Of a stretch of DNA of 64,000 bases, positions 19,185 through 28,876 are shown in pieces. Under the pieces are notes generated by a model, which worked only from the letters and a program-made list of their open reading frames with translations, was not told the DNA's origin and did not search any database. Every line of letters begins with the position of its first letter. The stretch's first letter is position 1. Origin of the DNA: Candidatus Zipacnadia bacterium (GTDB taxonomy: Bacteria > Armatimonadota > Zipacnadia > Zipacnadales > Zipacnadaceae); the NCBI GenBank assembly GCA_029820565.1, contig JALGUR010000022.1, forward strand, positions 17,731 through 81,730, read 5' to 3'. Both the position numbers and the translations under genes were made by a program.

Positions 19185-20570
19185 TCACTCCTGTTCACTG
19201 GCGACGGGCAGATTATCAGCAGAGACATTGATGGCGCTGAGCAATTCAGCCTCTGCTATCTGATACCCATACAATGCATTGACGTGATTGGTGCGCGCCG
19301 CGGTTAGTGCCACGCGGGCATCAGTAACTTCTACTGCCGGACCAACCCCGGCGTTATAACGGACTTCGGCCAGCCGAGAGGCTTCCTCGGCCTGTTGAAC
19401 CGTCTTCTCTGTGGCGTGCAGTTGAGATTTGGCTTCCTCTAATTTCAAGTATGCCTGCCAGACCTCGGCGGACACCTGTTCTTTGAGTTGCTCAACCGAC
19501 AGCAGAGCCTGCTGAAGTTGATAGTGAGCCTGACGCTCCTTGGCCCGCGATGCCCCGCCGTCAAAGATCGGTTTACTGAGACTGACGGTAACATTCCAGC
19601 CATAGTCAGTGCCGCCAAAGCCCCCGGGACGCTGGCGATTGTAGCCGCCAACCAAGTCCAAATTGACGCCACGCTGGGCGCGCCCCAGTCGCAGCGAAAC
19701 CTGGGCCATATTTACCGCTTTCTGTGCGATTGTTATCTCCTCGCGGCGCTGTTGAGCCAGATTAAGACAAGCCACAGGGGCTATGTCGGCTATCTGTGGC
19801 TCCGGAGGCGCTACCAGTTGCACCGGAGTAGTCATATCCACCGCCAGAGTTCTCTTCAACATAGTTTTAGCCAAGTCCACTCCATTTTGGGCAGCAATCA
19901 AATCGTGCTCAGCATTGGCAATATCTACTTCAGCCCGTAGAACATCAAACTGGGGAGCTGCTCCAGCTTCAAAACGGGTTTGAGATATCCGCCAGTGTTC
20001 TCGGGCACTATCCACAGTTTGTTCAGCGACGTCAATTAATTGTTGAGCTTGGATGACTCCTAAAAAGCCTTTAGTAGTGGCCAGTTTTATCTGACGGCGG
20101 ACTATGACGGCTTGAAGTTCAGCGACGTCAACATTCAATCTGCTCAACTGCACCAGGGCCTGGTTGCGACCGGCCGAGTAGAGGGACTTGTACAGGGAAG
20201 CCCCATACTGCCAGTTTTTATCGGGACCAACTTCCACCGACTGGGAACCCTGCGGGGTAGGTATCTCAATGCTGGATGAGGGGCCCAGGCGGGAGTAGCG
20301 GCCTTCCAAGCCAAGTTGACAGCGGTTAGCCGCCTTGGCCTCAATGATACCTGCTTGCCGCTCGTAGATGATCTCGTCAGCGATGCGAACTTGATAATTA
20401 TTTGCAAGAGCCAACGCTACTGCCTCGGGAAGAGTGAGCCGTAGGACTTCGGGGGCAGCCTCTGCCCTATACAACCCCCCGGACAGAAGGATGGCGCCTA
20501 ATATTAGTGCCATAAAGGCAAAAAGGCCGCGCCCTGACCCTTGCGGTAACAGCAGTTGCGCAGTTTTCAC
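19185..20570 (-). CDS. TolC family outer membrane efflux protein
   Basis: LTLPEAVALALANN, RFEAGAAPQFDVLRAE, PIFDGG and RYNAGVG motifs. Confidence 0.93.
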   Translation of the reverse strand: MKTAQLLLPQGSGRGLFAFMALILGAILLSGGLYRAEAAPEVLRLTLPEAVALALANNYQVRIADEIIYERQAGIIEAKAANRCQLGLEGRYSRLGPSSSIEIPTPQGSQSVEVGPDKNWQYGASLYKSLYSAGRNQALVQLSRLNVDVAELQAVIVRRQIKLATTKGFLGVIQAQQLIDVAEQTVDSAREHWRISQTRFEAGAAPQFDVLRAEVDIANAEHDLIAAQNGVDLAKTMLKRTLAVDMTTPVQLVAPPEPQIADIAPVACLNLAQQRREEITIAQKAVNMAQVSLRLGRAQRGVNLDLVGGYNRQRPGGFGGTDYGWNVTVSLSKPIFDGGASRAKERQAHYQLQQALLSVEQLKEQVSAEVWQAYLKLEEAKSQLHATEKTVQQAEEASRLAEVRYNAGVGPAVEVTDARVALTAARTNHVNALYGYQIAEAELLSAINVSADNLPVASEQE

Positions 20571-20830
20571 GATGTCTCCTCCTCGGGTGGAGTGGTTGGA
20601 GATTCATCCATTTCCCGGAGCAATTGGCCTAACAGCGAACTGACCTGTAGCATCGCCTCAAGTTTAACGAACATCACTCCGGACCCGGCTGGATGTACGA
20701 AGGCCAGCAGTTTGTCACCGGGCTCAATACCACAGGTTTCCCGAGCCTGTATTGGGATTACTATTTGGCCTCGTTCCCCGACAGTAGCGGTTCCCTGGAA
20801 AAGCTGCTCAATATTAGTGGATATTTCCAT
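20567..20830 (-). CDS. AbrB/MazE/SpoVT family DNA-binding protein
   Basis: ATVGERGQIVIPIQARETCGIEPGDKL motif; GAGGAG RBS before ATG 20830. Confidence 0.88.
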   Translation of the reverse strand: MEISTNIEQLFQGTATVGERGQIVIPIQARETCGIEPGDKLLAFVHPAGSGVMFVKLEAMLQVSSLLGQLLREMDESPTTPPEEETS

Positions 20831-20902
20831 ACTATTCTCCTCACTCGCCAATAGTTACAAACATCCAGTTAGTTCCCAACTGCAAAAACCTCCGAAATAG
20901 AT

Positions 20903-20957
20903 AATCATACAAATATGATTTGAATGGTATTATATATAATTATGAGAAATTTGTCAA
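20903..20957 (-). promoter_or_regulatory. consensus sigma70 promoter with a downstream palindrome
   Basis: Minus strand TTGACA(20957-20952)-17 nt-TATAAT(20934-20929); AATCATA-N4-TATGATT at 20903-20920. Confidence 0.8.
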
Positions 20958-20984
20958 GGGGCAGTTCCGCTACTCATTGAGGAG

Positions 20985-21022
20985 AGGGCACCTGCTCGGG
21001 AACAGTGATGAGCAGGTGCCCT
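20985..21022 (-). terminator. stem-loop downstream of the CBS gene
   Basis: 13-bp perfect inverted repeat agggcacctgctc / gagcaggtgccct. Confidence 0.6.
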
Positions 21023-21045
21023 TCGGTAGGCTTATTGCTGACAGG

Positions 21046-21408
21046 TCACAGTTTGGCTGCCAGCACGTCGCGCCGACTGACAACACCGACCAGTTTGCCT
21101 TTCTTGTCCACTACTGGTACCCGCTTGATTTTCTGCTTCTTGAGTGTGTCGGATACCGATTTGATGGAGTCGTCGGGGCTGGCTTTGTACACTCGCTTGC
21201 TCATCGCCGATTCGACGTTCTGAGTGGTGCGCGCGGCCAGCAAGTCCGCCTCGGTCAGCAGCCCTATCACTTTGCCGTCGTCATCAACGACAGGCAGCCC
21301 ACTGACTTCGTTCTTTACCATCAGCCCTACTGCCTCTTTGACCTTGGTCTTGGGTGTAACCGTTATTACTTTCTTGGTCATAATGTCTTTTACCTTGTTC
21401 TTAGCCAT
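21046..21408 (-). CDS. CBS domain-pair protein
   Basis: VKDIMT, SGLPVVD and KRVPVVD...VGVVSRRD; GGAGGAGG RBS. Confidence 0.92.
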   Translation of the reverse strand: MAKNKVKDIMTKKVITVTPKTKVKEAVGLMVKNEVSGLPVVDDDGKVIGLLTEADLLAARTTQNVESAMSKRVYKASPDDSIKSVSDTLKKQKIKRVPVVDKKGKLVGVVSRRDVLAAKL

Positions 21409-21496
21409 TGATATTCACCTCCCTCCAAATTTGGTATGAATTGTACTTAACCTAATAGCCCACCGTCCGGCGAGTTATGCCCCCGCCCTGGGGCAG

Positions 21497-22645
21497 TCAA
21501 TAGGCTCCGTATTGGCCCACCAGTTCCAGCACTCGACAGTATCGGTCAAAACCTACGTTGCCAGGCACCGAATGGTCAGAGTGATACAGGTAGCCGCCAC
21601 CTTGCTTAGCAATAGGTATCTTTGTCTTAATCTCTTCTTCAATGACCGCGGGGTCGGGGTGGGCCATCGCCCTGACGTCGATGCCGCCCATAAAGGCGAT
21701 TTGGTCGCCAAAAGTTTCCTTAAGGTCGACCAAATCCATCCCTGCCTTTTGTTCCAAAGGCTGGAGACAATCCAGCCCGTCCTCAATAAATCTGGGGATG
21801 AGTTCTTTGACACAGCCGCAACTATGCAGGATGACCGGCAACCCCTCGGAATGAAAGTAATCCACCAGGCGCTGGAAGGTAGGACGGAGTTGCTCGTCGT
21901 AGTGTTGGGGAGAGAACAGGAGGCCATTGCGGTAACCCAGGTCACAACCGGGCCAAGCCCCATCGAACTGAAACCCCCCTTCTTTCATTATTTCATACAT
22001 CTGGATACTCAGGGTCGCATCAGTCTCGTACATATCCCGGACCCAATCCGGGTCGGTAGCTATGGCTATCAATAGTTGCTCCGAGGCTACATAGGATTGG
22101 ATTTTGTCGTACCCAAAGCTGATCCCGTAGAAAATAAACCGGCCCGCCTCGCGGGCCTGCTGGCAGCCAGGCAACCCCAGGCGCCGCTCGCAGCGCCCCG
22201 TTTCCAGTACTGACTGTTCGCCGCGATCATCTTCTGCCGTCCCCGCCAGCCAACTGCCCTCCCAGTCTACCCGGTCCCGGCTGGGGACCAGATGTTCCTT
22301 GATGCGCTCCCAATCGTCCCGACTCTTGCAAGGATATTCAATAATTTCTGGAGTAGAGGAGTAGTTCTTATGATCCCGGCGCAGTCCGCCGTACTCAGTG
22401 GTTCTAATGATGTATTCCTCATTCTCTTCAACTATCTCAATGGGGAACTGCGGCGAAGTGTCAGCCCGGAAGCCTACCAGTTCAAAGTCAAAATATTCTG
22501 CTGGATTGACCTCACGGGGCAATCCTTCGTTATGCCACCGCTCAATCGCAGATACCCAGGGACTATCGTGCATTGGTATGCGGTCGGCTTCTTGATGGTT
22601 AAGAGCCAACAATACTCGCTCGCGTGCAGTCATCTGTGTCTCCAT
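21497..22645 (-). CDS. uroporphyrinogen decarboxylase / MtaA-like family protein
   Basis: TARERVLLALNHQEADRIP, DLG...FSP, LHSCG, FMGGID and SDHSV motifs. Confidence 0.85.
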   Translation of the reverse strand: METQMTARERVLLALNHQEADRIPMHDSPWVSAIERWHNEGLPREVNPAEYFDFELVGFRADTSPQFPIEIVEENEEYIIRTTEYGGLRRDHKNYSSTPEIIEYPCKSRDDWERIKEHLVPSRDRVDWEGSWLAGTAEDDRGEQSVLETGRCERRLGLPGCQQAREAGRFIFYGISFGYDKIQSYVASEQLLIAIATDPDWVRDMYETDATLSIQMYEIMKEGGFQFDGAWPGCDLGYRNGLLFSPQHYDEQLRPTFQRLVDYFHSEGLPVILHSCGCVKELIPRFIEDGLDCLQPLEQKAGMDLVDLKETFGDQIAFMGGIDVRAMAHPDPAVIEEEIKTKIPIAKQGGGYLYHSDHSVPGNVGFDRYCRVLELVGQYGAY

Positions 22646-22787
22646 GTAATGCACTTGAACTTCTTTACATTCTATCAACTAATTGCTAATATTCTTTGCG
22701 TATCGCAATCCTCCTTCATTAAAGTAAAAAACTTTTGGAAGGAATATGTTTGTCGCTGTGATAGCATAGTCCAAAGGAGAAACACAG

Positions 22788-23624
22788 ATGAGCAGTTCTA
22801 TTCCGACACTTCCCACCATCAGGATAGGCGATTGCGAAGTCAGTAGGCTGATAATGGGCGGCAATCCCTTCTCCGGCTTCTCGCATGTCAGTACGGAACT
22901 GGATTGGGAGATGATTAGTTACTATACGATGCCCAGACTCCAAGACACTCTGGACGAAGCCTGGCGTTGTGGCATCAACACTGTCGTCTCGCGCGCCGAC
23001 CGCCATATTATGCGTATGATGTTGGAGCATCGTCTAAACGGCGGCCAGATGCAATGGATTGCCCAGACGGCAGGTGAGTTTGCTGACATCTCCGCCAATA
23101 TCGCTGAGATTGCCCGCTACAAACCTATTGCTATCTTTCATCACGGCACTTACGCTGACAATGCTTGGCATCGGGGCGAGATGGCTACTATCACCGATAT
23201 TGTCAAGATTATTAAAGATGCCGGGTTGCCCGCCGGAATAGCCACACACATACCGGAGGTCATCGAGTATGCTGAGGAGCACGAGTGGGAGACTGACTTC
23301 TACGCGGCTTGCTTCTATGACTTGGCTCGGGGGTATAAGTCAGCACCAGCCGTGGACCAGGACGCCTACCGCCAGGACCGGTTTCCCGATAGTGACCCGG
23401 CCCGGATGGCAAAGGTAATCCGCCAAGCGTCCAAACCATGCCTGGCCTACAAGATATTAGCGGCCAGTCGCAAGTGCGGCAGCGACGCCGAACTGAGAGC
23501 AACCTTCAAGTATGCCTTTGACAACATCAAGCCGACTGATGGGGTAGTGGTAGGAGTGTACCAAAAGTACAAGAACCAGGTCGCTCAGGATGCGCAGTTC
23601 GTACGGGAGTTATTGGTGGACTGA
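22788..23624 (+). CDS. aldo/keto reductase-like TIM-barrel protein
   Basis: VSRLIMGGNPFSGFSH N-terminus, AGIATHIPE and AYKILAA; AAGGAG RBS. Confidence 0.65.
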   Translation: MSSSIPTLPTIRIGDCEVSRLIMGGNPFSGFSHVSTELDWEMISYYTMPRLQDTLDEAWRCGINTVVSRADRHIMRMMLEHRLNGGQMQWIAQTAGEFADISANIAEIARYKPIAIFHHGTYADNAWHRGEMATITDIVKIIKDAGLPAGIATHIPEVIEYAEEHEWETDFYAACFYDLARGYKSAPAVDQDAYRQDRFPDSDPARMAKVIRQASKPCLAYKILAASRKCGSDAELRATFKYAFDNIKPTDGVVVGVYQKYKNQVAQDAQFVRELLVD

Positions 23625-23689
23625 GCAGGCTAACTTCGCACAGTATGTATGCGCTGAGATCCTGGTCTAAGGCGATGTCTTTGAGTCGG

Positions 23690-24721
23690 CTATAGATCCA
23701 CTGGTTCGCCTTTTCCCGCTGATTCAACCATCGCGGCCAAGGCTTTAGTGATCATCAGACCATCGTATCCGGTAATCAACGGCTCTTGACCGAGCAGCAC
23801 TGAGTTGATGAAGTGTTTGATGCCCTGATTGAAAAAACCGACCGGCTCGCCCATGACATCGCCATATAAGATGCCCCGGTTGGTCTGCTTTTCGTTGGTG
23901 GCACACACATAATCAGGCAGGGCCGCGTCAATGTTGACATAGCCGTCGGTGCATATCAATTCGAATTTGGAATCCACGATAGACGGCATGCTTTCTGGCA
24001 TAATCCAACAGCTTTCAAAGTTGCCGACACAGTCGTTCTCAAACTCCACCGTAGCCTGGTAGAAATCAGGCGTGTCTATGCCCAGGCTCTTCAGTTTGAC
24101 GCTGCGACAGACGGCGTTGACTCGTTGGGCCTCCGATTGGAAGTACCACCGCGCGATGTCATAGCGGTGACAAATGAGCCAGAACGGCAGGCGGGTGTCA
24201 GCGGCCCATGACAGCATCTGGGTAGGTACAAACAGCGTATTGTTGAGCCGGGCATAAGCATATAGTGGCTCGCCCAATTCGCCGGCGTCCAATGCGACTT
24301 TGGTCTGGGCGAAGGCATGCATCCAGCGGTTGGTCCAGTTGACCATTAGAGTCTTACCGGAGGCTTTTTGCGCCGTTAGTATAGCCTCGGCATCGGCGAC
24401 GGAAGTGGCCATGGGCTTTTCTACCAGTACGTGTTTGCCCGCAGCAAAAGCGGCCTCGCAGGCCTCGCGGTGCAAATGGTCAGGCAGCGCCACCGAGACC
24501 GCCTCAATCTCGTCAATAGCCAAAAGAGCACTATAATTTTCAAAGACTTGGCCAACTCCGTACTTGGCAGCCATAGCCTCAGCACGATAAATATCAATAT
24601 CAGCGATGGCCAACAGTGTAGCATTATTCGCCATCGCCACGCACTTAATATGACTTTCTCCCTGTATTCCAGCGCCAATTACGCCGTACCCCAAGTCGCC
24701 TTCAGCATACACCTTTGACAT
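23690..24721 (-). CDS. Gfo/Idh/MocA family oxidoreductase
   Basis: GVIGAG Rossmann motif; PDHLH and HVLVEKPMA. Confidence 0.92.
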   Translation of the reverse strand: MSKVYAEGDLGYGVIGAGIQGESHIKCVAMANNATLLAIADIDIYRAEAMAAKYGVGQVFENYSALLAIDEIEAVSVALPDHLHREACEAAFAAGKHVLVEKPMATSVADAEAILTAQKASGKTLMVNWTNRWMHAFAQTKVALDAGELGEPLYAYARLNNTLFVPTQMLSWAADTRLPFWLICHRYDIARWYFQSEAQRVNAVCRSVKLKSLGIDTPDFYQATVEFENDCVGNFESCWIMPESMPSIVDSKFELICTDGYVNIDAALPDYVCATNEKQTNRGILYGDVMGEPVGFFNQGIKHFINSVLLGQEPLITGYDGLMITKALAAMVESAGKGEPVDL

Positions 24722-24772
24722 TAGAGTCTCCTCTTCAATCTGAGTTTGCGTCTGGCAGTGGCCTACGCGAGA

Positions 24773-26191
24773 CTACAGCATATAGCGGCTGAGGTCCTGG
24801 TCTTCGACGATGTCTTTAAGCTGGTCGTGGACGTAGCCGGCGTCAATTGTAACCTTTTGCTCACCAATGCCTGCAGCCTCGAAAGACAGTTCTTCCAGCA
24901 GCCGTTCCATCAGCGTGTACAGCCGCCGGGCGCCGATATTTTCAGTGGCCTCGTTGACCTGCTGGGCCAGATGGGCGACCTCGGCAATGCCCTCGGCGGT
25001 GAATTCGAGTTGAACCCCTTCGGTGGCCAGCATCGCGGTGTATTGCTTGACCAAGCAATTCTGGGGCTCGACGAGGATACGCTTGAAGTCCTCCTCGGTT
25101 AGACTGTCCAACTCAACTCTCAAGGGCAACCGGCCTTGCAGTTCGGGGATAAGGTCCGAGGGCTTGGAGATGTGGAAGGCTCCGGCGGCGATGAATAAAA
25201 TATGGTTGCTATTCACTGGGCCGTACTTGGTCATTACGGTGCAGCCTTCAACGATAGGCAGAATGTCGCGCTGGACACCCTCGCGGGAAACATCCGGGCC
25301 GTGAGTGCTTTCCCGACCGGCGACTTTGTCAAGTTCGTCAAGGAAAACAATTCCGCCCTCTTCTACCCTCTCAACCGCCTCGCGGGCTATCTCAGCGCTG
25401 TCAATTAATTTCTCGGCTTCCTGGTAGGCGAGGATGCGGCGTGCCTCGGCCACGGTGGTGCGCTTAGTGGTCTTGCGGGAAGGGAACATATTGCCCAGCA
25501 TCTGCTGCATATCAAAGCCCATCTCCTCCAGACCTGCCGAAGAGAATATCTGCATGCTCTGAACACTTGACTCTTCGACCTCAATCTCAATCTCCTGCTC
25601 TTCTAATTCCCCTGTCTCCAGGCGCTGACGAGTGAACTGGCGAATACGCTGGTTCTGCTCGGCTTGCTGCTCGCGGCGCTGGCTTTCGGCCTCGACCTGC
25701 TCCGGAGAAGGTGAAGACTTCCCCCCAGCGATTAGATCAGCCCATGGCGGCCGGGAATCGCCAGCCTCGGGGCCCACTCCTGCCAGGATATCCACCAAGC
25801 GCTCTTCGGCACGACGCTGGGCCTCCGGCTCAACTTCGGCAAGGGCTTCCTCCTCAACCATACGATAGCCAATGTCCACCAAGTCACGGATAATGGCTTC
25901 CACGTCGCGGCCCACATAACCGACTTCGGTGAACTTGGTCGCCTCCACCTTAATAAACGGGGCATTGGCCAGGTTAGCCAGTCGCCGGGCAATCTCGGTC
26001 TTGCCGACACCCGTCGGTCCAATCATCAAGATGTTTTTGGGAATTATCTCATCGCGTAGGTCGTCGTCAACCAAGCGCCGTCGGCTCCGATTGCGTAGGG
26101 CAATGGCCACCGACCGCTTAGCCTTATCCTGGCCAATGATGTACTTGTCCAACTGTTCCACTATTTCCCTGGGCGTCAAATCGTCAATCAC
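24773..26191 (-). CDS. hslU: ATP-dependent protease ATPase subunit HslU
   Basis: MIGPTGVGKTEIARR, ATKFTEVGYVG, FLDELDK and ENIGARRL motifs. Confidence 0.98.
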   Translation of the reverse strand: MIDDLTPREIVEQLDKYIIGQDKAKRSVAIALRNRSRRRLVDDDLRDEIIPKNILMIGPTGVGKTEIARRLANLANAPFIKVEATKFTEVGYVGRDVEAIIRDLVDIGYRMVEEEALAEVEPEAQRRAEERLVDILAGVGPEAGDSRPPWADLIAGGKSSPSPEQVEAESQRREQQAEQNQRIRQFTRQRLETGELEEQEIEIEVEESSVQSMQIFSSAGLEEMGFDMQQMLGNMFPSRKTTKRTTVAEARRILAYQEAEKLIDSAEIAREAVERVEEGGIVFLDELDKVAGRESTHGPDVSREGVQRDILPIVEGCTVMTKYGPVNSNHILFIAAGAFHISKPSDLIPELQGRLPLRVELDSLTEEDFKRILVEPQNCLVKQYTAMLATEGVQLEFTAEGIAEVAHLAQQVNEATENIGARRLYTLMERLLEELSFEAAGIGEQKVTIDAGYVHDQLKDIVEDQDLSRYML

Positions 26192-26721
26192 TTCACTACC
26201 TCCACGGTTATATTTTCATTGGTATAGACGCATATCCCGGCTGCAATTCTTACTGCCTCTTCCGCGATTTCGGCCGCTGACATATCCGTGTATTTCAGCA
26301 TCGCCTGCGCCGCCGCCTGAGCATAGCCGCCCCCGCTACCGACACCAATAAGATCCCCATCCGGCACTATTATATCACCAGTACCCGATACCAGCATCAG
26401 GTTGTCCTTGTCGCTAACTATCATAAGGGCCTGCAACTGACGCAGCACCTTGTCAGTCCGCCACTCCTTGGCTAACTCAACCACGGCTCGCTGCAAATTG
26501 CCGCTGTACTCGTCCAATTTAGTCTCCAATCGCTCAAACAGGGCCATAGCATCGGCCGCCGCTCCCGCGTAACCCGCCAGTATCTTCCCGTCACGCATCG
26601 TCCGCAATTTGGTGGCGGTGGACTTGAAGATAGTGTCCTCAATACTTACCTGCCCATCCCCAGCCAGCGCCGTCTCCCCACCCCGACGCACTGCAATTAC
26701 CGTTGTGGAACGTATTTTCAT
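26188..26721 (-). CDS. hslV: ATP-dependent protease peptidase subunit HslV
   Basis: STTVIAV (catalytic Thr), AGDGQV, KEWRTDK, GSGG and ICVYTN; true start ATG 26721. Confidence 0.97.
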   Translation of the reverse strand: MKIRSTTVIAVRRGGETALAGDGQVSIEDTIFKSTATKLRTMRDGKILAGYAGAAADAMALFERLETKLDEYSGNLQRAVVELAKEWRTDKVLRQLQALMIVSDKDNLMLVSGTGDIIVPDGDLIGVGSGGGYAQAAAQAMLKYTDMSAAEIAEEAVRIAAGICVYTNENITVEVVK

Positions 26722-26875
26722 TAACCAATCACATCCTCTGATTATATTATGAATCCGAAAACGTTCATAAACCGGTTGCGCGGCCTGTACCCTTTCGGCG
26801 TGCAACCCCACATCCCTTCCGCCTTCGCTGCTGAAACAGCTTTGGCGGACAAGTCCGGCAAAAACTTTTGAAATT

Positions 26876-27035
26876 GTAGGAGCGGCATCCCTGCCGCGAT
26901 CGCCTTGCCCCCGCGTCGGGACAAGAATGTCCCTCCTACCAGCGTGTGAACGTTGGCGCGTCCGCCACATCACCCACCCCCCTGGTAGGAGCGGCATTCT
27001 TGCCGCGACTGCCTTACCCCCGCTCCTCGCGTAGC
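26876..27035. repeat. cluster of GTAG-type REP-like palindromes
   Basis: gtaggagcggcatccctgccgcga and gtaggagcggcattcttgccgcga plus an inverted gggacaagaatgtccctcctac. Confidence 0.7.
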
Positions 27036-27065
27036 ATGTTGATGGCCTCTTCGGGTACTGAGCGC

Positions 27066-27878
27066 CTAACGCAGCCGCCGCGGCAAGCGGTCAATGAGTT
27101 TCAAGGGTTCCCAAACGGCCCGGCCGGCGGCCGTGACCTCCCGGATCGGTAGGTCAGCCAGCAGGTTGATCACTTTGTACTGCGTCGGGTTTTGCTCAAA
27201 ACTGGACCGCTGAAAGCAGATGGTTCCCTGGCCTTCCCAGGCAGCCGTGCAGGTTCCGGACGAGGGATAGACCGTCGCATAGGAGACGTCGGCCCCGTCG
27301 TTTTCTAAGCGGGGAATGTATTTATAGTTCAACCAATTGCCTTCGCGCCGGGCCCGTTCCAACTCACCTCTGGCTTCAGCGGCCAGCGGGGTCAGATCGG
27401 AGACGGCCATTTCCATAATCGGATAGCCGAAGTGCGATGTGCTACCGTGCCAGGTGCCTGCCTCTTCGGTGGGGTCCGGGATGTCGGCGAAGACTTTGGC
27501 GACACCGCTGTGGTCACGGCCGCCGAGGATAGGCTCGGTCATATTCTCCCACATTATGACGCAGAAGTTACCGTGAACATCGCGATCCACCTCCCCGTCA
27601 AATATCGCGGCCACATCCACACCCACGAGGTTGTAGGCGCGTCCGGCCAGCCAGTCCACGTCCTCGCACACCGCCAGCGACACGCTGATCACAGGCTCGT
27701 CGGCGGGACGAAAAGGCTCGGGCAGCAGGCGGGCGGCCGCGTCGGGTTCGGTGAGAAAAGACACGCTGAGCGCGGTCACCTTGCCATAGTGCATGCCGCC
27801 GTGCTCCCACGGACGGGGCTCGCGAAACCAACTGGCCGTCGGCATCGTATAGGGAAAGTCGGGTTCAAGAGTGTACAT
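27066..27878 (-). CDS. acetoacetate decarboxylase-like family protein
   Basis: F-TEP-AAARLLPEPF, WLAGRAYN, MWEN and ILGGRDHSGVAKVFADI (Schiff-base Lys region). Confidence 0.8.
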   Translation of the reverse strand: MYTLEPDFPYTMPTASWFREPRPWEHGGMHYGKVTALSVSFLTEPDAAARLLPEPFRPADEPVISVSLAVCEDVDWLAGRAYNLVGVDVAAIFDGEVDRDVHGNFCVIMWENMTEPILGGRDHSGVAKVFADIPDPTEEAGTWHGSTSHFGYPIMEMAVSDLTPLAAEARGELERARREGNWLNYKYIPRLENDGADVSYATVYPSSGTCTAAWEGQGTICFQRSSFEQNPTQYKVINLLADLPIREVTAAGRAVWEPLKLIDRLPRRLR

Positions 27879-27924
27879 TTGATTTCCTCCGTTCCTTGTG
27901 ATGTGGAGTTCGGTTGGTCCGCAG

Positions 27925-28027
27925 CAACTCCAACCACCCCACCTTCGTTATCATAGTCAACTGCCCGGTCCCCAGTCAACTTCTTAGGCCAACCCATCCG
28001 TCTCGCAGCTTAATACAGAGAGCATCA
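27925..28027 (-). pseudogene. degenerate partial duplicate of the DUF2283 gene
   Basis: Reads DALCIKLRDG / LTGDRAVDYDNEGGVVGV versus intact DALYIKLRDG / LTEDLAVDYDSEGGVAGI; frameshifted and lacking both ends. Confidence 0.75.
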
Positions 28028-28358
28028 CTCTTGCCTCGACCGCCGTTGCGAAAGCCCCCCCTCGCGTAGCGCAGGTTCTTAACCTGCGCCAGGCCAAGCG
28101 GGGTTGCGGTTCGGCAAGCTCACCGTCCTGAGCCTGCCGAAGGAGAGAACCCCGCCTACGCGGTGAAGAATATACAGAGTATGACTCTTGCCGCGACCGC
28201 CGTTTGGAGGGGCCGTGTCGAGCGAAGCGAGGCCGGCCCGCTCTGGCAGTTTTTACTTCTTAGCCGCTGCATCCTCACCCCGACCGCTGATTAGTGGCAC
28301 GGGCTTCCAGCCCGTGATAGATTCAAGTAGGGCCACAGGCAGGATGCCTGTGCCACCA
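28027..28358. repeat. composite REP-like palindromic cluster (copy 2)
   Basis: cgcgtagcgcaggttcttaacctgcgc (28063-28089), the 62-bp unit shared with 14184-14245, and gtggcacgggcttccagcccgtg ... cacaggcaggatgcctgtgccac. Confidence 0.85.
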
Positions 28359-28369
28359 CATCCTTACAA

Positions 28370-28585
28370 TTACTCACCAGCCGTCACCAGTTTCTCGAAA
28401 CTAACCTCCAGGGCATCGCTAGCCGCAAAGGCGGTGTCCTTCGCCCGCAGAAGCTCAATTCCAGCTACCCCACCTTCGCTGTCATAATCAACCGCGAGGT
28501 CCTCAGTGAGCCGCTCAGTGCGCGCCACTCCGTCTCGCAGCTTGATATAGAGAGCATCAACTTCCGGATCATAGGTTATCTTCAT
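28370..28585 (-). CDS. DUF2283 domain protein
   Basis: MKITYDPEVDALYIKL ... VDYDSEGGVAGIEL signature. Confidence 0.88.
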   Translation of the reverse strand: MKITYDPEVDALYIKLRDGVARTERLTEDLAVDYDSEGGVAGIELLRAKDTAFAASDALEVSFEKLVTAGE

Positions 28586-28859
28586 TCCTGCCACCCCTTA
28601 CTGAAGAGTAGTAAGCGTACACCGTAATTACAACTATACACGCGTCCTCTTCTGTAAACACACACCTTACGGTTTTGTGTTCATAGAATTGTCCTTGCCA
28701 CAAACTGTTATACTCAAAAGTCTTCTCGCACTCAAGCCGATTGTAGCGCGCCGGCAACCATTCCGATTCCCTGATGGCCCCGATTACCTCGTCTTGTGTC
28801 GCTCCCCGATCGGCGAGTCGCTGACTGGCATGGGTTGAGAATTTGATCGGCTTTGTCAT
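28569..28859 (-). CDS. DUF4258 domain (RelE-like) protein
   Basis: IKFSTHASQRLADRG ... VVITVY signature; overlaps the DUF2283 start. Confidence 0.8.
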   Translation of the reverse strand: MTKPIKFSTHASQRLADRGATQDEVIGAIRESEWLPARYNRLECEKTFEYNSLWQGQFYEHKTVRCVFTEEDACIVVITVYAYYSSVRGGRNEDNL

Positions 28860-28876
28860 TTGGGTAAGATAGGCGC

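Noticed and set aside
26722-26997. Long N-terminal extension or propeptide of HslV
   Set aside because: It runs through REP-like non-coding DNA; the RBS and MKIRSTT start at 26721 match normal HslV.
14184-28358. Repeats as a CRISPR array or IS ends
   Set aside because: No regular repeat-spacer period, no cas genes and no transposase; they are dispersed palindromes.
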